DNA of 64,000 nt from Balanoglossus misakiensis (taxonomy: Eukaryota; Animalia; Hemichordata): positions 310,001 through 374,000 of the forward strand of contig CM082588.2 of the NCBI GenBank assembly GCA_040954595.2, written 5' to 3'. The notes under the pieces are model-generated. The model saw only the letters and a program-made list of their open reading frames with translations, did no database searches and was not told the origin of the DNA. The stretch's first letter is position 1, and each line of letters starts with the position of its first letter. Shown here piece after piece: positions 24,284 through 49,969 of this stretch. A program made the translations under genes and the position numbers.

Positions 24284-27200
24284 GTTGCAGTTCTTGTCAA
24301 AACTGTAAAAAAAGTCAGCGTCAACATTTTACAAAGTTGTAGGACGGTCCGACAGGAGTCAATCATTATCCAATATAAGTCTTTTATTCCCTTGTTAGAA
24401 TATCCGAGGAAAACATTTAATGAAACATTCCGGGCTTGCTAAGAAGTAAACGCCTCCAGACAAAGGAATAGTTTTCAAAACTAAGGCACGTGCGGCACCT
24501 GCTAGTTCAGTACGGGGAAGTTTGGTTGAATGGTTGATATCAGACATTGAGAGTTGCGGACAAGTGAAATTAGCGGGATATGCCCGTACCTGCACGACGC
24601 ACATCGCTCTAGGCTATGTCTGGAAACCTATATGGACGATTTATCTGCCTTCCCAAGACTTTTGAACTGCGCACTAATGTAAGGACAAACCCGAATAACG
24701 TCTTATGGAATTAATCAAAAGTTGAGTTTACGCTCAAAAAGTACAAATAAAAGTACTCTTTGTGTCTGTCTGTCTGTCTCTTTGTCTGTCCATGTTTGAA
24801 TTTCACAAACACCAATTCTTCGATTATTGGATGAGATGGAACTTTTGGAAAGGTCAAATGTTTTGCCGACTGTATGTGGCCCCGGGCAGTCAGAAACAAG
24901 AAACGTACACCTGTAACTCTGTTCAACTGTGTATTGATTTACAACAAAACACGTACACCTATTAAATGTTATGTGTTGAAACCCCTTTCACGGTGATTGC
25001 TTCATCGGAAATTCCACTTCCGGCAACTTTTGTCGACAATATCTCATTTCAATTGTGGCATCATACTTCGTGTGAGTTTATATGCCCAGTCAACGACTCT
25101 ACCGTTTGGGATCATTCAGTAACCCTTGCACATAACACAAAAAGAATGTTACCTATTGCAGGTGAAAACGAGACAATAGCCATCCATCGATCGATATCTG
25201 GCATTTTTTCTGCTTCCATTAAGCGTGGTAGTGGAAACTACTGCGAAATCAAAGTTAAATGCGGAAATAGGAGAATAAGTTGTTCTTTTCTGTTCATAAA
25301 GCACAAAGAAAAAATATTAAATATACTTACTCTTCGTTTTGTGTCAAGTATATTTTTGACGTTGTCTGAAAACTTACAGACGAGGTATCTCGATTTCAGC
25401 CAAGCTGTGGAGCGTCTAATTTCAAGAAATTTTCAGTGATTCAAGTTTTAGGTCCAGTTCCCTCGTAGTGACGTAGGCCTATAGCTTTCCTGGAAATTTG
25501 GGCTTGTTTTCGACGGTTGCTATGGTTTCGGAGGATTCCGCGCTGCTTACCTCGCCAGTGCAAGAGTAGTCAGTCGTCGAGAGCGCGGTTGTTTATACAG
25601 TGGGTCACACGACAACTTTGTTGCCGGTTTGTTTATTCTTTAATAGACCCCACTTTAGGGATGACATAATTCAACAGGTGGTTCCCCCTTATTGTCATAG
25701 CGCCATCTACGGTACATACCGACCTTCTAGGCAACGAAGATGTAGCACAATTCTCCATTCTCTAAGTAATACAGTTATTCGTATCAGTGCAGCTCCAGGT
25801 GCGGGATTGAACATCGTTTGAGGGCAGCGCCACATCCCATCTTAAAGACAAAGAGCCTAAACCAAACACTACTGGCATAGTTCAATGATGTCCTTTAGGT
25901 TGTCCTGTCTAATTTCCAAACAAGGCGATATGACAAGTGATAACGTATTAAACACATCGTAGTCTTGCCTCAAATGGTATGTAAGTGTTCAACGAGGACA
26001 CAGAGTTCAAATAATTTAACAGATACGTTACAAATTACTGGGTCAAATAGATTTATATCTAGTGATGTTAATATTTGCCATTGATGTTGCAGTTTATCTT
26101 TTATATATAGTCGTATGTAAACCTAAGATAGACAATTTGTTTTCTTTGTGTTCAAAGTATATTTGTGATATTCGGCTACAAAATGAAATAAGCACATCCA
26201 ATCACACACATATAAAACATACATGTAAGTTAAATATATTGAACCTTTATATCCAACGTTCACGGAGCTATAGATCTATGTTCGCCCTTTCAGTTCTTTT
26301 CCCACATAGACGCAGAACCGTTACAATTATAATTTAACGGTTTAACTATTGTTAATGCAATCAAATCGTTAACACCCTGTCTCACACTTCTTGTAATTCT
26401 ATTGTTACATAATCCTAACAATAGGGTCATTAGGGCGCGTCCTTACCTACGAACAAAAATCCCCCTGAACTGATAACCGTTATTTAAAACCCCGGCTCAT
26501 TTTAGCTTTCGGTTGTCTATAGTTTCAACAACTTTACTTGCCGAGCTTGTGAACTAGGTTGGTTTCCATGTGAACACTGTCACATTTATGCAGATACAAG
26601 AACATGTCCGCTCAGGTAAATGCGACCACAGTCCCTCAAGAAAGGGACTGTACTTCGACATCAAAGTGGTAAAACACCCATAATTTATCACTTTTTCCAA
26701 TCGTGGATGGGCTTTCGCTATGCACTTAAACTTTTAGAGTAAAATTTAAACTCAAACTTTCCGCCACTGTATGTTGATTGTCTATCTTCAAATTGTTTCC
26801 TATAGGGGGGTCCGTCTATTGCTAGGCAATTGATTGACACATGGGGACACCACACCCATTGGCTGCTGAACGGCCATCTTGATTTGTGTCGGTTAGCTCC
26901 AGTGCTGCAGCTATTCAACGGCCGGTAAGTTTGCTATTTCAAAGTGTCGTTTGTTTCTCGTAATCTTTTTCAGGTCTAGGTACTCCAGACCTGCCCTGTG
27001 TGTTAACCTACCCGCGCTGATTTCGAGAACGAACGGCAGAACCACCCGAGAAAGTTGGCACACCAGATGGTGACCGGCGACTGCCCGTTGGAGGGGCGGT
27101 CATTGCCGACCTCACCCACTTACATTCAATGGGATTACTCACAGAAAAGACTTTCTATACAAACCCCACCTGCAAGGACACTGGACTGACCTACGTGGAA

Positions 27201-27426
27201 GTACGGAGACATTGCCCCAATAGTTTAATCGGAAGTTGAAATATTTTGATAATGTGAGCCCTCCACCCAGATTACGGATATGTATCACCGGTAACTATAT
27301 ATTTTGTCTACCTTTCCAGTTTGGACTCGATTCAGGTAGGAAGGTGTGCGATTGACGACGGACCAACCGTGCCCCGGATAAAAAAGTAACCGAACTTAGA
27401 CTTGTCACCAGTAAACCACCGCCAAA

Positions 27427-41586
<14,160 letters not shown>

Positions 41587-43754
41587 ATAGATGTTAATAC
41601 ATTGCAAGTTGTTATCTAAGGTGAGTTGGTATTCAGGTACAGTGAATTGCGGTAAAAAAAAGTTAAAAGTGTCATAAAAGTCGATTGAAATTCTGGAGGA
41701 AAAATCATAAAAAGTCTTGTAGACTGATAAATGTTTCGCAGACAATTAATTTTTCTCTCTTTCTTTCTCTCTTTACAGGTCATTTGTGAATATGGGAGGG
41801 GCTATGTCCTGGTTATACCCATCTAACTCATGCTACAGCAAATCCATAGAATTTGTTGGGAATATTGAATACAGTGTATATTAAATACTTACAGAAATCC
41901 TTAAAAACTGCAAAAATTTTCAGATGAGAAAAAACATGTATCAAGATTGTTAGTGATAAAAAAAATCCTTTACAACCTTCATTCCCTGTATATTGGAATA
42001 TCAGTGTAGAGCTTTTGCAGCCGGCCATTCCATTTTAGAGGGAATAAGGGGTGCATGGGTTTTAAAGCATATCATATTTTGCAAGCTTGGGTTAGTGAGA
42101 AATGGGGTTTGAAATCTGTTGTTTGGATCCGCTGGTGTTTTCAGTTTTGTAGCAATTACAAATGTTTGCTACTCAGAGTCAGCAGATTAGATATTCATAC
42201 TGGCTGATTTTGGCAGAAATATTATGCCAAACAAAAATTATGGATAATTGTGTGTGAGATACCAGAGTATTATTATTTCATTTTGAACATTATATTTGTA
42301 TTTTGTAGCTAATGATTCCCATAATTTTGATAATATAACAGGAAAAAAAATCTAGTGATGCTATGTGTATAAAATTAGTTTTTGTTTTCAAAGTCTGCCT
42401 TTGCTAACGTTGTTTCTGATGGTGGGGAATTAAATTGAGTGTGTTTATCAAAAGGTGCTATGTCGGTTTGAGCTTGACAGTTGCAAATGACTTGTACAGA
42501 TCAATGCAGTAGTTTCTGCAGTGTACAGGTGAGGGCCGTATTAAGGAAATAGATGAGCAGATTTACTCAGAAACAGTACTTTTTTACCCACTGTGAAACA
42601 AACTCACAAAAAATTAAAAAGTAAAAAAAAAATTAAAAGCGTGCCATTTTCCAAGAAATTGTTCCAACTACTTCTGAAAAACGATTTCTTAAATTGAACA
42701 GAATTGGGATAAAATGGCCGGAGTCACAAGGGTCTTGCAGTGGTATGACCACTGAATGACCCCTTGGACTGCAGAAACAAAGTTAGCATTGTGTAGGAAT
42801 ATTCTCCAAATACTAGCGAGGGTTGGATTTTGATTGGTAGACAATCTGTGTCGCCAGATGTGAAAATATTCTGAGTATAAATATAGACACTGATTTCCTG
42901 ACGTTAATGAACTTACGCAGTAATTGCTAATTATTTACTTTGTTTTTGAATATCGCTGGAACTATTTGATTTATTGTCAGTTTCAAGAAAAAGTTTCATC
43001 TTACCCAGAGTCCCCAGAGTCTGGTTTGCCACCATTTCCACTTTGCTATGTTCAACAAGTTTAAACAATTTGAAACATTTTTAAACGTGTTATAGACAAG
43101 TTTTTTTAAGTTTCCTTGTTCTCATGTGTTTAACTAACTTGCCATGATGTGTTATCTGTGTTCGTTCGCATGTAAATGCAGCTGTTTTGATGTTGCAGAA
43201 GTAGTTTTTTTAGTTCCAGTTCCACAATTGTCAACATCTTCACTAGTTTCTTGAAGAACTTGTATACACCGCAAGAATACTCCATCTGAAAAGTACTATA
43301 GCAGATTAGAAACAGAACTTCATATACCCTTTCACCCCCGCCCCGCCACTTTGTTGTGTGTGATTCCATTTTCTCCACTGCATCATGCAATGGGTTTCTT
43401 GTGGACCATACCAACAAGAAGGTAAATCGGTCTCTGGATGTACCGACTTAGTTGTCCTTCTGGATCAGAAAACCGTGATACCAAGTGTTTAAAAAACTAA
43501 AGACCCCTGGACCTCAGTGTATCACTTGGAATATTTCCCCCAGAAAGTCAACAAGTCTGGAATATTAACACAAACCCCAGAGTTCCAAAACCTTTCAGAA
43601 AATCAGTCAGATATGCTACATTTGTGTATATTATTGTTTAAACAAGCTTGGATGAACTACTTACATTTTTTCTTAGAACTTAGAAAGATCCATTCACATT
43701 ACAGCTGTAGCATTCACAACAGATACGTTCAGACCCAAAATTCAGTTACTTTCT

Positions 43755-43827
43755 TTAACCCTTCACCTGTTTCCCTGACCATTGGAAAGTGAAGGGCTTC
43801 ACCATATAGACTGAATGAAAGGGTTAA
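43755..43827. mobile_element. Short MITE-like element with TTAACCCTT...AAGGGTTAA ends
   Basis: Inverted termini flanked by TTAA. Shares ACCATATAGA with the element at 55457-55550 (opposite orientation). Confidence 0.5.
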
Positions 43828-45074
43828 AGGGACCATAGTTGTATCTTTTGACTATTTGTTTCAGCTATTCTGTACTGAATAGTCGAAGGTTGCATGTAAT
43901 GGAGCTTTAATGTCAGCAGTAAGATGGATGTTATATCCACAATTTTTTTAAAAGATCTGAATTCTTAGGGCTGCCTTTTCCTACATGCAAACAGAATCAA
44001 GGCAAGATAGTTAATAAGAAAAGCTGACAGGGTTAGCTAGTATTATATCCTCGATGTATGTTATCCTAATCAAAGGTCTTTGTTCCTCAAATCCTCCTTT
44101 TGGATAGAATTTTGTTAAAAGCGCAACAACAACAAAAAATCCAGGGATCAGCAATCATCCCATGAAATGGGACCGTCTTCGTCTTTTCAGTTTAACAGAT
44201 TTGGAAACTCTGACATCACAATCCAGAAATTCAACTGTTAAGTATCTTGTTTTTGTGCTTGCCCAACTAGCTTGGCCACCCCTAAACTGTGACAACATCA
44301 CCAACCATCTGGCAACTGTTGGGTGGTACTTAAGTCTGAAGTTGCACAGGGGTGGTCAGGTCATTCCACAGAACATGCATGTTTCTTCTCAGCAGTTGCT
44401 TTTGTAACTACTTTGAATTCTTACCTGGTTACCCCCAAACATACAGACATTACACAATGAACATTTACTAAAACAATAAACTTTCAAATTGATTGATCTC
44501 TCTCTTCTGTTTTGTTATCTAGCCATACCATACCTAGAATATTTTTGACAATATAATTCAGCGGTTGGCAATAAATTCTGATCTCTGAAATCAAAAAGTT
44601 GGTTTTCTTGTGTGGTTATTTGTCTACAGACTTGACTGCGAGACAAAAATTCATGGTTTCTGATATGAATTCCACAAATTTGTGGTCGAGTGAGAAATAG
44701 AATCTCACAGACCAAGGGCCTTGTGGCTTGTGTGAGACAAATCATCACAAAATCGTGCGAGAAATTTGATCCCAGGTCCTTGGAGTACATCCAAGGTAGT
44801 AGACTCGTTCCTTGCCCCATGAGGGCGCTGCGACATACTTAATTATTCAGAAATGGACCAGGCATGCGCGCGCAATGGAGTGTGGCGGAGCGCCCCCATT
44901 CGGCAAGAACGAGTTTGCTGTTTGGTACGTTTATGGTCTATATCATGTGTCGGAATACTAAGTACTAGTATCTCACTGGAGAAACATTAGCGGAGGGCGT
45001 GTTGTCCGCTGATCGTACCAGTCTGTGATGTGAACGTCCTTTATGACCTGCAGCTGAGAGGGGGCGTGACCGGA

Positions 45075-45091
45075 AGGTCATCCAAAGGTCA
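45075..45091 (+). promoter_or_regulatory. DR5 nuclear-receptor element (RARE consensus)
   Basis: AGGTCA-TCCAA-AGGTCA, preceded by GGGGCGTG and CCGGAAG motifs. Motif match only. Confidence 0.35.
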
Positions 45092-45370
45092 TGGAAATGA
45101 ACATCCAAGGACTGAAACCTACAACATACGGAACCAAAGTCCCCGGCTGAAATCGACATCGGCCTCTCCCAAACAACTTACACCGCCTAAAACGATTCAT
45201 GTTAAAACAAGAAAAGACAGTAAATGGGATTATTTATTGCTTAAAAATGCAGAGGCTTAAATGATACACATTTAGCTCAATTCATAAGACAGAAACCAGT
45301 GCTGTACTGGGGCTATACTACTAGAACTGGTAGATGATCGTAGCGATATATGTAGAGAAATCTTGCGCAG

Positions 45371-46309
45371 CTAATGTATGCCAAGAAAAGGTTCGACATA
45401 TTGAGGAAAACGTCCATTTTGCTGCTCAGATCTCGCATACGCGGGGTATACGTACTTAGGGGTTTCTTTAACTTTGCAAGAATGTCTCGGTGTCTTGTTC
45501 AGATAAGGCGCCTTCAAGTTCTGTGTGATTTGGCAATTAGCGTGAAACTGGAGCGTGCTCAGGTACAGTTCAAAACAAGGGAGTCCCTTGAATTTATCGT
45601 TGTTCATAAACTCAGTAAGGTCATCGACGTCGATAAGGACAAGTCTCACACGACTTAACAACTCCACCAAATGTTCAATTCGGTTTGGTTCGTCAGCTTC
45701 GACCCATTTCATCACAATGCGAAATAACGCTGCCTCTGACTCGACGACTAGGTCATCCCTTTCAAGTAATTCAGTTAGTTTTGTCAGACCAAGCCTTGTG
45801 CCAAAATCCGCTGTTTCCGACAGATCTCTGAACTGTAATGCCATACGCTTCGAGACCATTAAGTCTACTCCCGGTAGGCTATATTTGGACACGAATTCAC
45901 AGATGGTCAGAAGATATGAGACATCATCGGAGTTTTCCCTCAGCAGACCCAGGAGATATTCTTCACATCGAGCCATTGCAGAACGCATCTGTAAATGATC
46001 GGCTGCCATAAACACTTCGAAAATATTTTCTTGTGTGAGACACATTTCTGACTTGTACGCGAAGTCGATCATGGCTTTAAAGGCCTGTACCGTCAAACCA
46101 TCGTATGACAATGAAATGACCTTGGTGGTCGAGTCCCTCATCTTTCCGCAGAACATGGCGCGGAAGAAATCGCTGCTGGCCGCCAAAATAATTCGGTGGA
46201 GCTTGAACCGCTGAGATCTTACTTCGACAGTCACATCACTCAGTTCGTCTCCTGCTAAGATATCCGGCAAATTGTAAAGAGGTATCATAATGCTTTTTGG
46301 CCCGGACAT
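45371..46309 (-). CDS. BTB-BACK protein without Kelch repeats (truncated kelch-like paralog, possibly a pseudogene), 312 aa
   Basis: Intact ORF with SDVTVEV...FKLHRIILAASSDFFRAMF (BTB) and LLERDDLVVESEAALFRIVMKWV...LLSRVRL (BACK). No Kelch exon is visible downstream. AATAAA on the minus strand at 45233-45238. Confidence 0.8.
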   Translation of the reverse strand: MSGPKSIMIPLYNLPDILAGDELSDVTVEVRSQRFKLHRIILAASSDFFRAMFCGKMRDSTTKVISLSYDGLTVQAFKAMIDFAYKSEMCLTQENIFEVFMAADHLQMRSAMARCEEYLLGLLRENSDDVSYLLTICEFVSKYSLPGVDLMVSKRMALQFRDLSETADFGTRLGLTKLTELLERDDLVVESEAALFRIVMKWVEADEPNRIEHLVELLSRVRLVLIDVDDLTEFMNNDKFKGLPCFELYLSTLQFHANCQITQNLKAPYLNKTPRHSCKVKETPKYVYPAYARSEQQNGRFPQYVEPFLGIH

Positions 46310-46878
46310 TATCGCTTAAAGCGCGTGACACCAATGTACATTTCATACATTTGGATCAGGGAACAAAGCCCTAAGCGTTGAGGGCGCATACGAGCTGAAA
46401 AAGCTGATGCAATCATGGTACCACCTACTACTTAAAGTACTGTACTGGTCCTTGCTGAATGGTTACGATCAATGCATGCAGCTAGCTCCAGCCAATCACA
46501 TGGGGGAGAGAGAGAATCATTCACTTCTAGACAAGGTGGTGAGACTTCTAGACAGACGACGTTTGTAACCCTTTGACATGTACCTCTATTGTTTCGTCCA
46601 GACCTATTGTTTTCTATATTTAGGTTGGGCCTCTATAACGGCGATCTAACAAGCGGGAAATTGCGAAGTTTTGGTGACGAAGATATAAAGGAGAAAGTAT
46701 TTTGTGGCCATAAACTTGTTTGAATAACTGCAGTGTACGCGTAGTTTTTGTGCAAACAAATAAAAATGTCAGTTCACAGTGTTACAACATCTACAGTGTC
46801 AAATTCATGTAATCGGTTGCTTTTTGTCGTCCGATGGGTTTCATACATTTCCACATCGGAATCGACATCGACAGATTC

Positions 46879-48730
46879 TTATTTTCGAATACACATTTCA
46901 ACGATGTTAGATTTTTCGGCCGTTTCCATCATCCACTTCCAATCATCGATGTCTACGTCATACGGGTCATCGGGGTCAACATAGACGTCGGCAGGATAAC
47001 ATCTGGTGCCACCAATGATGTACACCTGGTCATCAACTCCTCGGAAAGCACGAGACTTCCACATGTCTGGGATTCCGCCTTGATCAACATCACCCCACGC
47101 CGCATCGCCATTCTCTCCATGAACTTGAACTTTCCCGTTCCACGTTTTGAACAAATGGAGCTGGTCGCGTATCACCGTCGCGAAGACCGGAGAACGGAAC
47201 TCCGCATCGTACGTCAGCATCTCTTCCCATTGATTCTGTTCAGCGTCGAACGAGTAACCCGTTTGGTTGCAGAGATAGACGATTTTATCTTCGTGCACGG
47301 TAGCCGCGGCGTTCTTACCACCGCCCTCCGGTAAAGGCGAAATTCTCTGCCACTTCCCGGAGTGCAAGTTGTACCTCTCCGCCGCACGTATGGCATTGCC
47401 GTCAACTTCACCACCAAGCGCGTAAAGGTACTCACCTCCGTCGTGAACGAAGAGGAAATTTTCCCGACATTCTTTCATTGGTTGAAGCTCAGTCCAGTCT
47501 ATGGCTTCTGGGTTGAATTTGTGCATGGCTCCGCTACCGTGGACAACAACCAGTGTGTTCCCAACGACAGCCGTCTGGAGGTACTCGGATTTCTGGGAAA
47601 TGTTGTGTTTGAACCCGTAGAAAGTCAAATCCTTCCACTTCTTGCCCTGCCGATAACTAACAAGGTAAGTTGTCTGTAGAAAGTTAACCTTGGCAAATAC
47701 CTAGAGAAAAAGAAGCGGAATATATACGTCCATGAGTTAAAATAATATAATACCAATTTTACTGTGTCAAACTAGCGGATAATTCCGAATAACTGTATGG
47801 ATGTGAAGATGATATTCCGGCTTCTTTTATCTACATATGCTTATATTCACATTTAATAATTTTTGGCATAGTTCCATTAGCGGCATCTTACAATACCTTA
47901 GTCGAATTTCTTGGTTTATGGTTGAGGTCGGCGATGGCATGGCATTTTGCGTGGCTCTTAAGCGTCCCAATGTAAAGTTGGTAACACGGCAGCTCTCTGA
48001 ATCTATCGGTGTCCATCAAATCCGTCAACTCGTTCGGGTCGATGAGCGGCAGTCTTACTCGACGCAGAAGTTCCCCCAAGTGGCCGATGCGATTTTCTTC
48101 GTCTGCTTCAACCCACTTCAAGACGATGCGAAATATCTCGGCTTCTGACCCGGCGACTAGGTCATCCCTTTCCAGAAGTTCGGCCAGTCTTTCGCAAGTG
48201 ACGGCCTCGCTGAACTCTTTGGTTTCGGCGAGATGGGTAAACTGCCGCGCCATACTCTTTGTCAACTTTTCTTTTACTTTCGGTATGTCATATTTGGTGA
48301 TGAATTCAGCTATGGTCAACAGATGAGAAACTGGAATGGTCATATCTTCTACCAAATCCAAAATAAATTCTCCACATAGTGTCATCGCGCCGAGCATTTG
48401 CAAATGATCTGCTGCCATGAACACTTCGAAAACATTGTCGTTCGTCAGGTTCAGCTTGGACTTGTACGCAAAGTCGACCAGGATTTTGAAAGCTTCTGTC
48501 GTCAAACTATCATACGACAGTGGAATGACGTCATCGGTTGATTCTCGCATTTGTCCGCAGAACATAGCGCGGAAAAAATCACTACAGCTCGCCAAAATAA
48601 CTCGATGGAGGTTGAACCGCTGTGAATTGACTTCAATGATCACATCGCTCAGTTCATCACCGGCAAAAATGTCAGGCAAATTGTAGAGTGCTTCGCGTGT
48701 TGCCATTTTCCCCGTATTTGCTGTCGCCAT
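46879..48730 (-). CDS. Kelch-like BTB-BACK-Kelch protein, ~551 aa, 2 exons
   Basis: Exons 48730-47897 and 47700-46879 joined by a phase-0 GT-AG intron. BTB HRVILASCSDFFRAMF, BACK domain, Kelch motifs YLYALGG...AERYN...W and VYIIGG; other blades are degenerate. Confidence 0.88.
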
Positions 48731-49708
48731 TTTCACTCTAGTTTTAAATTAACCGGGGGTTTCCCCCGGACTTTACGGAATACAAAATTTGCGTAGTCAA
48801 GGAGACTGCGCAAAGCGATTCCATTTGCGGATCAAGGGGGCGCTGAACACAACATCGCGATGCCAGACCTTTATACTAGGTCACACACGTCAGTTCAGCA
48901 CGCCCTTTGATCGTGTTCAGGATGATATATATCGTCACCTAATTTATCTCAAATAGGTCGACCTTTTCGAACAAGGCATTTCGGACAAGGTCGTCGTTTT
49001 TACAAGGTCGTCGGCTACCATCGTTGAATAGAATGGGGGAGGGCATGGAACTTGACCAGTCAGGAACACTTTTGTGAAATCGCTGCCCTATTTGCGCGAA
49101 CGGCATTACTTACTGCACACAGTTATCACACTTTTATAACATCTCGTGATTCGTTTTGCCAGTTTGATTTACAGAAGTCTGGGTATTTATTTGCTCGGTC
49201 TGTCGTATACCGGGGCGGATACCTTTTAGCAACGATAATATAAAGTTGACAGATAAGAGAAAAATGTGTAAGGTTGTTTAGGTCAAGCTGGCGTCACTAT
49301 ATACTTACCTGCTGGATGGATCCAGTGGCATACGTAGGTATTAGCAACTTACGTCCATTTGGTCCGAAATTCAGGGCAAAATGAGAAAAGGGGCATAAAA
49401 ATGAGAAAATTTGTGGTGGTCAAATGGTTAAATAATATTTCCATAACCGCATTTCAGTAACACTGCAGACCACCTGTTAACCCGGCATCGCTAGTGACTA
49501 TATATAAATGTGTCCACAAACATGTGGTGTCTTCAGATGTTGTTTGTTTGCTAAAGTGGTTCAAAAACCAAATTAAATATTTCAATAATAAAGCTGCGAA
49601 CGTTACATAATGTTGTCAATCAAGAATTTATTATTGCCAAGAAAACGTACATTTTTGCTTTTGGACTAAGAGAACGAATTACTATCTCAAAAGCTTCTGC
49701 TGTATTGA

Positions 49709-49794
49709 GTAGCGAACTTACAAACAAAGATCCAGCGTCATCTGCTTTCACATGAAAGTTTACGATGACACCTTCATAACAGTAAAATCACTAC
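49709..49794 (-). promoter_or_regulatory. SECIS element (type II) in the GPx 3'UTR
   Basis: On the minus strand: helix I GTAGTGA/TCGCTAC; core ATGAA...GGAT; helix II GGTGTCATC/GATGACGCT; apical AAA; mini-stem CTTTCA/TGAAAG. It lies between the stop (49970) and AATAAA (49627-49632). Confidence 0.9.
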
Positions 49795-49969
49795 GACAAC
49801 AGTTGCCATGGAGATAGCAAGAGTTTCAAAAATGGAGACTGAAAATTGTCAAATAAAAAAATCCGCGTCGTTGAAATGAAATGAAATAGACTTGTAATAA
49901 TAAGAAATTCATCGAAATATGAAATTCATCAGATATACCACTGTACCGACTTTGAATTTTGACAATTGA

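Noticed and set aside
44575-44770. Loose inverted repeat (TTATTTGTCT...AGACAAATCA)
   Set aside because: Too degenerate to define termini or a target-site duplication; possibly a decayed MITE but unsupported.
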